From Octopus vulgaris (taxonomy: Eukaryota), in assembly GCA_951406725.2 (NCBI GenBank), contig OX597834.1:6510001-6574000 (forward strand): a stretch of DNA of 64,000 nucleotides. The letters are read 5' to 3'. Both the position numbers and the translations under genes were made by a program. The notes under the pieces are model-generated. The model was given only the letters and a program-made list of their open reading frames with translations, did not search any database and had not been told where the DNA came from. Of the stretch, positions 52,045 through 64,000 are shown piece after piece; the stretch's first letter is position 1; each line of letters begins with the position of its first letter.

Positions 52045-52266
52045 CCATCACCATCATCATCATCATTGTTGTTGTTGTTATTGTTACTATTAATGATAAT
52101 ATGTCTTGGCTAAATAGCAATATGGATGGTTTCTAAGAAGTTCTCTCCACAAAACAAACTTATTCCAAATAACATTGGTGCAATGGAAGGAAAACTTTGC
52201 GATATGGGGAAAAGTCCTGTTAAAGCCAAGGAACTAGAAAATTGGAAAGATTTTTGTTACATACAG

Positions 52267-52362
52267 TGTAGTTTATTTCTTAAATGCGTGATATCTCAAT
52301 GTGACATGTGCAAGACATTGAAGCCAGCACCAGGAACACTGGAAAGACACTCTAATTACATG
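52267..52362 (+). other. Candidate 96-nt exon
   Basis: ttttgttacatacAG acceptor, perfect ATG/GTAAGT donor and open frame CSLFLKCVISQCDMCKTLKPAPGTLERHSNYM; no recognised homology. Confidence 0.25.
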
Positions 52363-52613
52363 GTAAGTACGTTAATTGAATAATTACTTTTACATGCAAC
52401 TGTCCATGCATCCATGTGCACATGCTAATGTTTAGAAGCAACATAAATAATGCCTGCGCGATACACATGGAGAAAATAAAAGGAAACCATGTGTTACAAG
52501 CAATGAAGTACCAAGCAAAAACAAAGTGACTTCCCACGAATGAATATAAAAAGGAGCGAATTAGTCATTAAGTATAAAGCATATCCTTACATACAAACAT
52601 GGTACATAGTTGC

Positions 52614-52653
<40 letters not shown>

Positions 52654-52729
52654 TGCACACACAAGGAGACAGAGGTGCATACATATACAAACACATGCTC
52701 AAACATACATACATAGAAAATACACAAAC

Positions 52730-53135
52730 AGGCGCAGGGGTGGCTGTGTGGTAAGTAGCTCGCTTACCAACCACATGGTTCCAGGTTCAGTCCCACTGCA
52801 TGGCACCTTGGGCAAGTGTCTTCTGCTATAGCCTCGGGCCGATCAAAGCCTTGTGAGTGGATTTGGTAGACGGAAACTGAAAGAAGCCCATCATATATAT
52901 GTATATATATCTATGTGAGTATGTATATGTTTGTGTGTCTGTGTTTGTCCCCCCAACATTGCTTGACAACCGATGCTGGTGTGTTTATGTCCCCGTAAAT
53001 TAGCGGTTCAGCAAAAGACTCCAATAGAATAAGTACTGGGATTACATAAGAATAAGTCCTGGGGTCGATTTGCTCGACTAAAGGTGGTGCTCCAGCATGG
53101 CCGCAGTCAAATGACTGAAACAAGTAAAAGAGTAA
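52730..53135 (+). mobile_element. SINE A, full length
   Basis: Family homology. Confidence 0.92.
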
Positions 53136-53349
53136 ACACGGACATGCAAGCACATAAATATGCAGGATACGTACGTACAGATGCACACTCATACATACAT
53201 ATATACATATGCATACACACACTTATATACATACATACGCATGCAAATACACACATACATACATACGTACATGCATGCATGTATAGGCACACACACACAC
53301 TGACCCACACACATGCGCACAAACAAACAAAAGGGAACACAGTGTAAAT

Positions 53350-53822
53350 AACGGACAGAGTCAAGACTATTGAAAAGGTTGCAACATCATCATCATCATC
53401 ATCATCGTTTAGCGTCCGTTTTCCATGCTAGCATGGGTTCTACTGGGGTCTGTGAAGCCAGAAGGCTTCATCAGGCCCAGTCAAATCTGGCAGTGTTTCT
53501 ACGGCTGGATGCCCTTCCTAACGCCAACCACTCCGTGAGTGTAGTGGGTGCTTTTTACGTGCCACCCGCACTGGTGCCAGACAGAGCTGGCAAACGGCCA
53601 CGAACGGATGGTGCTTTTTATGTGCCACCGGCACGAGGGCCAGGCGATGCAACGAAAATTTTAGGGAAATGAAAATAAGAAATAAGTGGAAATTTTACCG
53701 GTGAGTGTGTTACATTCTAAGGCACAAAAAGAAAATGACCCTCCCCAGACACAACAAAATATGCTTCAACACACGAACTCATATAAAGAATCTTGCTAAC
53801 CAAATCCAAAAACGAAATATAA
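53350..53822 (+). mobile_element. Penelope-type element whose U3:A8 hammerhead is split by a family C insertion (53385-53645)
   Basis: cta-TTGAAAA-g-gttgc-aa[insert]gat-gcaac-GAAA-at-TT-tag; downstream sequence matches 25461-26199. Confidence 0.72.
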
Positions 53823-53888
53823 CTAAATAGTTATGCCTAGAAACATAGCTACGAAAAAATATAGAGGTGATTTTCAATCTATCAGCCT

Positions 53889-54380
53889 ATCATCATCATC
53901 GTTTAATGTCTGATATCCATGCTAGCATGAGTTGGATGATTTGACTAAGGTCTGGCAAACCAAATTCCAATCTGATCTGGCAGAGTTTCTACAACTAGAT
54001 GCCCTTCCTAATGCCAACCACTCCGAGAGTGTAGTGGGTGCTTCTACATGCCACCGGCATGAGGGCCAGTCTGGTGGTATTGGCAACAGCCACATTCAAA
54101 TGGTGCTTTTTATGTGCCACCTGCACAGGAGCCAGTCCAGCGGCACTAGCAATGGCCTCACTCGAATGCTTTTTCACATGTCACCAGCACAAGTGCTAGT
54201 AAGGTGACGCAGGTAACCATCACGCTTGAATGGTGTGTTTAACGTGCCATCAGCATGGAGGCCAGCTTGTTGCTCTGGCATCAATCTCACTCATATGGTG
54301 CCCTTAGCGCTCCACTAGCAATGGATGCCGGTCACCGAGTTTGATTTCGATTTCATGTGCCTCAACAGGTCTTCGCAATC
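53889..54380 (-). mobile_element. Family C (RTE 3' UTR), long copy
   Basis: Family homology. Confidence 0.8.
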
Positions 54381-54394
54381 GAGTTTGATTCCGA

Positions 54395-54735
54395 CTTTGG
54401 GTGTAAGGTTTTAGCACCGGTAGAGCATAAATTAAGACATGACAGTGTTGGCCAATATCTACACTGGATAATATGTTGGCATTATAATACCAAAACTGCT
54501 GATAAAAGGTACAAGCACCACTTTGAGGCTGTAATTGAGGGAGAAAATGTAATGGTTCTTTGGGACTTTCCAGAATGGACAGACCGGACCATCAAAGCAA
54601 ATAAACCAGATATTGTTGTGAAAGACCAAAGCAATAAAGTCTGTTTATTGATTGACATGAGGAGCATAACCTGGACATACCCTGTGACCATAATATCTTG
54701 GCTAAAGAATTTGATAAGCTCAGAAAATACAAAGA
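54395..54735 (+). pseudogene. RLE endonuclease fragment of an R4/Dong-type element
   Basis: GCKVLAPVEHKLRHDSVGQYLHW...WDFPEWTDRTIKANKPDIVVKD...LLIDM. Confidence 0.88.
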
Positions 54736-54739
54736 AAAT

Positions 54740-57700
54740 ACAAAAGAGGAGAAAGTAGACCTACCTCAAGAACACCAGAATAGATATGACTCAGAATTTG
54801 AAGTGAATAATAAAAAGATCATAGAAGCAAAAGAAGATATTATGAGAGAACTCAGCAAGATTGAGTTTACTTACCAAAAGAGAACCGCTACCAAAGCTCT
54901 GAAACAATATACAAAAATAACATAATCATGATATATAGTATTGCTCTTAGGCAGATCTTAAGAAATAAGGGAAATGACCTAACAGCTTTAAATAACGTCA
55001 CCTATTCCACTGCTAAAGTTGTAACTGCTCAGCTAGGCATCAGGACGACACAGAAAAGGACCAATCATGTCAATAGACCCCATAAGTGGAAAGTAGCAAT
55101 ACAAAAAGAGATTGGATTTTTGTGGGAGAAAGTATCAGTTCTTGATGAACTTGCTAGAGGAGTAAATGTTAAGATGAAATAAGCTAGGATAATAATGGAA
55201 AAATATAAAATCAAAGATGTTATAATCTTCCCTCCAACCAAGGAACAATTGAAACAACGAATACAACTGAAAGCCCGACGGCTCAGAAGGAATGACAAAA
55301 GAAACAAATTTTATCGACAAAAGAAGCTATTCAAGATAGATGCAAAAAACTTTTACAGGGAAATTGGCAAAAGTAAGATAGAAGTAAAGGAGCCATCTCA
55401 GACTGAGGAAATGGAAGAGTTCTGAGAGAAGATATGGAGCTATAAAAAGAATATAATACTAAAGCTGACAGGATATAGCATAAGAAAGTGGGACTGGATG
55501 AAGTTGAAGAGCAGAAATGGTAGGTAATAGGAATAGAAGAGCTAAGGTGCAGTCTTAGAAAGTCTCACAAAGGGAGAACCCCAGGACTGGATTGGATTTT
55601 GAACTTCTGGCTGAATTGTTTGTCAGAAGTACACCGAAATTTTGCTGCATCCCTAACTGATGTCATCCAGAACCCAGAGCAAATAACTGTCTAGCTGACC
55701 GAACGAACAACATACCTATTTCTTTACTACCCACAAGGGGCTAAACACAGAGGGGACAAACAAGGACAGACAAACGGATTAAGTCGATTACATCGACCCC
55801 AGTGCATAACTGGTACTTAATTTATCGACCCCGAAAAGATGAAAAGCAAAGTCGACCTCGGCGGAATTTGAACTCAACGAAACAGCAGACGAAATACTGC
55901 TAAGCATTTTGCCTGGCATGCTAACGTTTCTTCCAGCTTGCTGCCTTCTACCAACATACCTTCTACCAAAAACTGAAGACACAAAAAATCCAAAGAACTA
56001 CCAAACATTTACATGTCTCAACACCACCTGCAAGATTCTCCTGTCCATATTAACTGAAAGAATATGCATTTTCCTGGAACAGAATTCTATCCTTCCACAA
56101 ACTCAAAAAGGTTGTAAAAGGAATTCTTATGGGTGTGAAGATCAATAACTCATAAATAAAATTACTGTAGAGACTTGCTGGAGCAACAAGAACCTGAGTA
56201 TGGCATGGATAGACTACATGAAAGCTTTCGATAATGTCCCACACATTTGCTACTCAAGGCCCTTGAGATATACAAGATCTCTCCTGCAGTCTCCAGATTC
56301 TTAGAAGGTAGCATGGCATCATCTAATACATGTCACCTTCTAAACCATAGTAAGGGAATGAGCCAATCTAACAACATCAACATCAACCAAGGCATCTTTC
56401 AAGGTGATTCCCTCTCCCCATTACTCTTTTGCATGGCACTGATCCCACTCTCAAATGAACTGAATAACACCAGGTATGGCTTCAAAATGTATAATATTAT
56501 TGTAAACCATTTGTTTTATATGGACGATCTGAAGCCGTTTGATAGAAATGACAAAGAACTAGTAGAACTACTAATAACTGTTAAAGAGTTCAGCAATGAC
56601 ATCGGGATAGAGTTTGGCCTTGATAAGTGAGCTAAAGCAACTTTTGTAAGAGGCAAGCTCAAACAAACAGCTTCCATTAAATTAGATACCAACACTACCA
56701 TCAAAGAGCTTGATCCACAAGGAAGCTGTAAATACCTGGGGATAAACAAAGATGGTATACAACATGCTACTATGAAGGAAAAAATATGAAAGGAGTATTA
56801 CAGAAGAATATGACTCAATACTAAAAAAATTGAACTCAACCCCCCAAATTGCATTGAGGCGATTAACACCCTGGCACTTTCAGTAGTCCAGTAAGGTTTT
56901 AACATCATTAACTGGAATCTTATAGAGCTCCAATGCCTGGACAGGAAAACAAGAAAACTACTAACACCTAAGAATACGGCCCCACCCAAAAACAGGCATC
57001 GATCATCTGCACTTACCTAGATGTAACGGGGGAAAGGAATGATGCAGGTAGAACTGTGCTATAAAAGACCTCAAGAATAGCAATGAACAAATACTTGTCT
57101 AGTACAAAAGACTGGATGCTATGGCTTGTGTGGAAACATGAAAGCAGTAAAAAATCAAATTTGTTGTCAAGGAAGCTTGCAAATTCACAAGGGGGCTTGG
57201 AATTAACTCTGCATTAGATGAAGAACCTGAAACCACTGCCTTGAAAAATGCAAAAAAAACAGACTACTGTAAAAATTAATGGGCAGAAACAAATTGAGGA
57301 GTGGTGGAACCAGAAGCCTCTGCATGGACAGTATATGCTTTAAAGCCGAAATGCTGATGTAGACCAAGCAACAACTCATCAGTGACTGAGAAGCTCAGGA
57401 CAGAAAGCAGGGCCCAAAGGTTTCATATTGGCAGCACAAAATGAAAGCTTGCTTATCAAAAACTACCAGGCTAACATTCTATAAAATGGCTCTGACCCAA
57501 AATGCAGATTCTGTAATAAATTTGATAAGACAATAGACCATCTTATCTTTGGATGTCCTGTGCTGACACCAAATGAATACAAAAATCACCACGAGAGGTT
57601 AGGACAGTATTTACAGCGAAAAATGTGTAAATACTACAAAATCAGTACTTCTGCTTACTGGTATGAACTTTGTCTTGAGCCAGTTGTTAAAGGTAAAAAT

Positions 57701-58110
57701 GTCATTATCTTTTGGTATTTTCCAGTCAACACCGATAAATGGATGATGGAAGCACTCCGTCGGTTACGTGACACAGAGAGTGACAAGGCCGGCCCTTTGA
57801 AATACAGGTACAACAGAAACAGGAAGAAAGAGTGAGAGAAAGTTGTGGTGAAAGAGTACAGCAGGGATCACCACCATCCCCTGCCGGAGCCTCATTGAGC
57901 TTTAGGTGTTTTCGCTCAATAAACACTCAAAACGCCCGGTCTGGGAATCGAAACCGCGAGTCTGCTGCCCTAACCACTGGGCCATTGCGCCTCCACCAAC
58001 ACCGATAAAACACTCTCCCCCAAGGGGGACACTACTAACAGCTCTTCAAGTACATAAAAGCCTTACAGAACCTGACCCACCCTGGGCTCAAACCTAAGGG
58101 TCCCTGGTGT
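54740..58110 (+). pseudogene. Decayed R4/Dong-type non-LTR retrotransposon (RT, zinc knuckle, start of RLE)
   Basis: YLLPKTEDTKNPKNY, QKGC, AWIDYMKAFDNVPH, GIFQGDSLSPLLF, HLFYMDDLK, KYLGI and CRFC..TIDHLIFGC; many stops; interrupted by SINE B (55718-55945) and SINE D. Confidence 0.92.
57740..57996 (-). mobile_element. SINE family D with a 13-bp TSD
   Basis: TSD caacaccgataaa at 57727-57739 and 57997-58009; tRNA-like head gtggaggcgcaatggcccagtggttaggg. Confidence 0.9.
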
Positions 58111-58494
58111 CATTTTTCTGCAATATAAAGGCATACTTTCACCACGTGCATTCACTAAGTCCTCGTTAGCTACTTCTGCTTTTAGTATGAGAATAAATTG
58201 TGAAATGACATTTACAGTGTAATGTTCATTAGCAATTGTAACATAGTAATGACATTATCCAAATTATCAAGTGTAATTCTGTTAATTAGAGCTGTTAAAT
58301 TAGTTGGAAGTTCATATGTAATGCAGTAACATGCATCGTAGTAAAGAGTTAGTGTTCTTGTCCGTTTTGTTCCAAGATCGAATTTCGCAGTAGATAGGTG
58401 GAAGCAACTTACCATTTTTATTCTCACTGGGGTTGGTCATGTTAGGGATTGTATTGACAGCATTCTACTGAATAACAATCATCATTTTGTGTCA

Positions 58495-58787
58495 TCCTTA
58501 TCATCATAGCTGTTGTCATCATCTTTGTCATCATTGGTGCAATTGTTCTTTGACCTCCTCCTCCTCATCATCATCACCATCACCACCACCACCATCATCA
58601 TCATCACCATCATCACCATCATCATCATCACCGTCATCATCACCATCATCATCACCATCATCATCACCATCATCACTGTCATCATCACCATCATCGTCAT
58701 CATCACAATCATCACCGTCATCGTCACCGTCATCATCATCAACGTCATCATCATCACCATCATCATCACCATGATCATCACCGTCAT

Positions 58788-58819
<32 letters not shown>

Positions 58820-58892
58820 TTATCATCATCATCTTCATCATCAACACCATCATCATCATCATCAACATCATCATCATCATCACCATCATCAA

Positions 58893-58924
<32 letters not shown>

Positions 58925-59260
58925 TGATCATGATGATGATGATGATGATGATGATGATCATCATCATCATCATCATCATCACCATCAACACCACCATCAT
59001 CATCGTCATCATCATCATTGTCATCGTCATCATCATCATAATCATTATCACCATTATCATCATCATCACCATCACCATACCCACCATCATTGTTATCATC
59101 TTTATCATCATTGTTGTCTTTGTCATCGTCGTCATCATCATCCTCATCATCATCATCAGCACCTGCTACCTCACCTTCCTCATCACTGTTCCTAACTTGT
59201 TAGTCAACTATTATCATCCTCATCATCCACCACCACCACCACCACCGTCATCATAACCCT
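58495..59260. repeat. (CAT/CAC)n array with an internal inverted (ATG)n patch at about 58924-58960
   Basis: Seen directly. Confidence 0.92.
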
Positions 59261-59464
59261 TCCTTCGCATTATGTCCACTACCACCTTCATGTATCACAA
59301 CCAGCATCCTAATCCTCATCACCTGTAATCCTCCTCTGCCTCATCGTCAGCATCATCCTCCTCCTCGCTTCCTCTTATCCTCTGCACATTTGACTGTCTT
59401 CCTTGGATGTCATTATCAATGTTATCTTACTGTCTGGGCGATATTTACATAAAAGCAATAGCTG

Positions 59465-59478
59465 TAATGATGGTAGTG

Positions 59479-59535
<57 letters not shown>

Positions 59536-59553
59536 ATGGTAGTAGTAGTAGTG

Positions 59554-59610
<57 letters not shown>

Positions 59611-59732
59611 ATGGTAGTAGTAGTGGTGGTGGTGGTGGCGGTGGTAGTAGAATAGTAATGGTAGTAGTAGTAGTTGTAGTAGTATTAGTAGTAGTAGTGG
59701 TGGTGGTGGTGGTGGTAGTAGTAGTAGTACTG

Positions 59733-59765
<33 letters not shown>

Positions 59766-59975
59766 ATGGCGCTGATAGTAGAATAGTAATGGTAGTAGTA
59801 GTAGTAGTAGTGGTGGTGGTGGTGGTAGTAGTAGTAGTAGTACTGGTAGTAGTAGTAGTAGTAGTAGTGGTGGTGATGGCGCTGATAGTAGAATAGTAAT
59901 GGTAGTAGTAGTAGTAGTAGTGGTGGTGATGGCGCTGATATTAGAAGTAGTAGTAATGGTAGTAGTAGTAGCAGC

Positions 59976-60018
<43 letters not shown>

Positions 60019-60078
60019 ACAGCAGCAGCTGTTGTAATAGTGGTGGTGATGGCGCTGATAGTAGAAGTAGTAGTAATG

Positions 60079-60116
<38 letters not shown>

Positions 60117-60200
60117 TTGATGATGATGATGATGATAACAAAGATGATGATGATGTTGATGATAATGATAGGACCAAGATGATGATGCTGACGATGATGG
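59465..60200. repeat. (GTA/GTG)n array with the higher-order unit ggtgatggcgctgatagtagaa x4
   Basis: Tag at about 59762, 59873, 59925 and 60045. Confidence 0.92.
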
Positions 60201-60621
60201 TTAACGTCAGCTCAGTTCTGATCGAGAAGATAGATCTACATTCAGTGCCATTCCATCTACGGCTATTCAATCGTATTTTCTTTTTTTTTTCTTCTAAAAC
60301 ACACACAGCACCAATATCTACCGTTCTTTGTCTAAGATGATAAAATAGAGTAATTCAATTAACTGCTATTTCCTAGAAGCACCACAAGTGGTTTCATTGT
60401 TGCTTTTCTTCCACAAACAGAAATATTTTACAAAAAGAATACAATAAATGGCGGTGCCCCAGCATGGCCACAGCTCGTAAGCTGAAACTAGAATCAATCA
60501 ATCAATCAATCATACCTTTTTGCAAAGACGTGTACTGTGCCGAATGGTACTCTTTGATATTTGTGGCCATTCTGGAGTATCTACCTAACCTCATCACTCC
60601 TGATCTGTATGATATTTACAT

Positions 60622-60852
60622 TTACTCTCTTTTACTCTTTTTACTGGTTTCAGTCATTTGACTGCGGCCATGCTGGAGCACCGCCTTTATTTTAATCGAG
60701 CAACTCGACCCTGGGACTTATTCTTTTTTGTAAGCCCAGTACTTATTCTATCAGTCTCTTTTGCCGAACCGCTAAGTAACGGGGACATAAACACACCAGC
60801 ATCGGTTGTCAAGCAATGCTAGGGGGCAAACACTGTCACACAAATACACACA

Positions 60853-60896
<44 letters not shown>

Positions 60897-62731
60897 TACG
60901 ACAGGCTTCTTTCAGTTTCCGTCTACCAAATCCACTCACAAGGCATTGGTCAGCCCGAGGCTATAGTAGAAGACACTTGCCCAAGGTGCCACGCAGTGTG
61001 ACTGAACCCGGAACCATGTGGTTGGTAAACAAGCTACTTACCACACAGCCACTCCTGCGCCTGTATACTCTTTACTCTTTTACTTGTTTCAGTCATTTGA
61101 CTGCGGCCATGCTGGAGCACCGCCTTTAATCGAACAACTCGACCCCGGGACTTATTCTTTTGAAAGCCCAGCACTTATTCTATCAGTCTCTTTTGCCGAA
61201 CCACTAAGTAACAAGGACGTAAACACACCAGCATCGGTTATCAAGCAATGCTAGGGGGACAAACACAGACACACAAACACACATACATACATATATATAC
61301 ATATATACGATGGGCTTCTTTTCAGTTTCCGTCTACCAAATCCACTCACAAGGCTTTGGTCGGCCCGAGGCTATGGAAGAAGACACTTGCCCAAGGTGCC
61401 ACGCAGTGTGACTGAACCCGGAACCATGTGGTTGGTAAACAAGCTACTTACCACACAACCACTCCTGCGCCTGTATACTCTTTACTCTTTTACTTGTTTC
61501 AGTCATTTGACTGCGGCCATGCTGGAGCACCGCCTTTAATCGAACAACTCGACCCCGGGACTTATTCTTTTGAAAGCCCAGCACTTATTCTATCAGTCTC
61601 TTTTGCCGAACCACTAAGTAACAAGGACGTAAACACACCAGCATCGGTTATCAAGCAATGCTAGGGGGACAAACACAGACACACAAACACACATACATAC
61701 ATATATATACATATATACGATGGGCTTCTTTTCAGTTTCCGTCTACCAAATCCACTCACAAGGCTTTGGTCGGCCCGAGGCTATAGTAGAAGACACTTGC
61801 CCAAGGTGCCACGCAGTGTGACTGAACCCGGAACCATGTGGTTGGTAAACAAGCTACTTACCACACAACCACTCCTGCGCCTGTATACTCTTTACTCTTT
61901 TACTTGTTTCAGTCATTTGACTGCGGCCATGCTGGAGCACCGCCTTTAATCGAACAACTCGACCCCGGGACTTATTCTTTTGAAAGCCCAGCACTTATTC
62001 TATCAGTCTCTTTTGCCGAACCACTAAGTAACAAGGACGTAAACACACCAGCATCGGTTATCAAGCAATGCTAGGGGGACAAACACAGACACACAAACAC
62101 ACATACATACATATATATACATATATACGATGGGCTTCTTTTCAGTTTCCGTCTACCAAATCCACTCACAAGGCTTTGGTCGGCCCGAGGCTATGGAAGA
62201 AGACACTTGCCCAAGGTGCCACGCAGTGTGACTGAACCCGGAACCATGTGGTTGGTAAACAAGCTACTTACCACACAACCACTCCTGCGCCTGTATACTC
62301 TTTACTCTTTTACTTGTTTCAGTCATTTGACTGCGGCCATGCTGGAGCACCGCCTTTAATCGAACAACTCGACCCCGGGACTTATTCTTTTGAAAGCCCA
62401 GCACTTATTCTATCAGTCTCTTTTGCCGAACCACTAAGTAACAGGGACGTAAGCACACCAGCATCGGTTGTCAAGCAATGCTAGGGGGACAAACACAGAC
62501 ACACAAACACAGACACACAAACACAGACACACAAACACACACACATGCATATATATATACATATATACGATGGGCTTCTTTTCAGTTTCCGTCTACCAAA
62601 TCCACTCACAAGGCCTTGGTTGGCCCGAGGCTATAGTAGAAGACACTTGCCCAAGGTGCCATGCAGTGGGACTGAACCCGGAACCATGTGGTTGGTAAAC
62701 AAGCTACTTACCACACAGCCACTCCTGCGCT
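60622..62731 (-). mobile_element. Head-to-tail pentamer of SINE A (410-bp period) within one TSD
   Basis: Junctions at about 61066, 61476, 61886 and 62296. TSD tgtatgatattta at 60606-60618 and 62732-62744. Confidence 0.93.
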
Positions 62732-63000
62732 TGTATGATATTTATGTTTTTACTTTGTCTTTTTCTTTTGTCTTTTATTGGTTGCAGCTATAAGACTATG
62801 GCCATGACTTGAAGAATTTCAAGTTGGATGAATCAACCCCGGTACTTATTCTATCGGTCTCTTTTGTCGAACCACTAAGTTACAGGGACATAAATACACC
62901 AACATCGGTTGTCAAGTGGTGGTAGAAGTCAAACATGGATACAAGAACACACACACTTATATATATACACATATATATTCTCACAAACACACACACATAT

Positions 63001-63575
63001 ATTTCTTTATTACCCGCGAGGGGCTAAACACAGAGGGGACAAACAAGGACAGACAACGGGATTAAGTCGATTACATCAACCCCAGTGTGAAACTGGTACT
63101 TTATTTATCGACCCCGAAAGGATGAAAGGCAAAGTCGACCTCGGCTGAATTTGAACTCAGAATGTAACGACAGACAAAATAATTATTTCTTTACTACCCA
63201 CAAGGGGCTAAACACAGAGGGGACGAACAAGGAGAGACAAATGGATTAAGTCGATTACATTGACACCTGTGCAAAACTGGTACATTATTTATCGACCTCG
63301 AAAGGATGAAAGGCAAAGTCAACCTCGGCTGAATTTGAACTCAGAATGTAACGACAGGCAAAATAATTATTTCTTTACTACCCACAAGGGGCTAAACACA
63401 GAGGGGACAAACAAGGACAGACAAAGGGATTAAGTCGATTACATCAACCCCAGTGCAAAACTGGTACTTTATTTATTGACCCTGAAATGATGAAATTTGA
63501 ACTCAGAATGTAACAACGGACAAAATACCGTTAAGCATTTGCCCGGCGCACTAACGTGTCTGCCAGCTCACCACC
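63001..63575 (-). mobile_element. SINE B with three tandem 3' units
   Basis: Junctions at about 63183 and 63366, one head. Confidence 0.9.
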
Positions 63576-64000
63576 TTATACACACACACATATATATATA
63601 TATATTCTCAGATACACACAGGCACTTGCACACGCTAGTTCATCTTGGTTACTGTTATTATCTCCCTTTCACTCAGCCTCTTTCTTTCAACCATTTCATC
63701 ATGTCAAGCTGTTAATCTCCACACATTATCTGTCTCTGTTTTGCTTAATCTTTTGCTCAATCTCGCTCCATTCTTTTCCTCTCACCCCTTTCTGCTAAAG
63801 AATATAAGTTTAAAACATCAAAACGTTTCCCTTTCTCTCTGAGCATTAAACTAATACACCTACTTGTTGTTCCTTCACCTGTCTTCATCTTTCATTTTCT
63901 GTAAATTTAAACTACAGTGGAGGGAAATAGATATTCGTACATGTCAAAATTATTTATTTAATTTCTAATGAACATAATTTCTAATGAACGGGCGCAGGAG

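Noticed and set aside
61018-62484. Four near-identical 78-aa ORFs suggesting a tandem gene family
   Set aside because: Antisense translations of SINE A junctions; the same peptides recur in dispersed SINE copies.

Overview
AT-rich, repeat-saturated eukaryotic (metazoan) DNA, intergenic or intronic. The SINE and microsatellite landscape resembles an octopus/coleoid genome; that is an inference from pattern recognition, not a database hit. No intact host gene is evident, and nearly all ORFs in the track are translated microsatellites or SINE copies. Recognisable content: four tRNA-headed SINE families (A, about 25 copies; B; D; E) and many 5'-truncated RTE 3'-UTR copies with (GAT)n tails. There are also decayed R4/Dong-type, RTE and CR1-type LINEs, a Gypsy integrase with its 3' LTR, mariner, piggyBac and hAT remnants, a complete non-autonomous Helitron, tandem arrays and an inverted duplication. 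The most striking signal is a set of short, unrelated, mostly (TA)n-embedded and often palindromic Penelope-type elements, each carrying a minimal type I hammerhead-ribozyme fold. Across them the catalytic 3-8 pair co-varies (C3:G8, G3:C8, U3:A8), stem III is palindromic, and one subclass has a long stem II closed by a mismatch. SINE B also inserts as one head plus 1-4 tandem 3' units under a single TSD. All coordinates were read by eye and may be off by a few bases.
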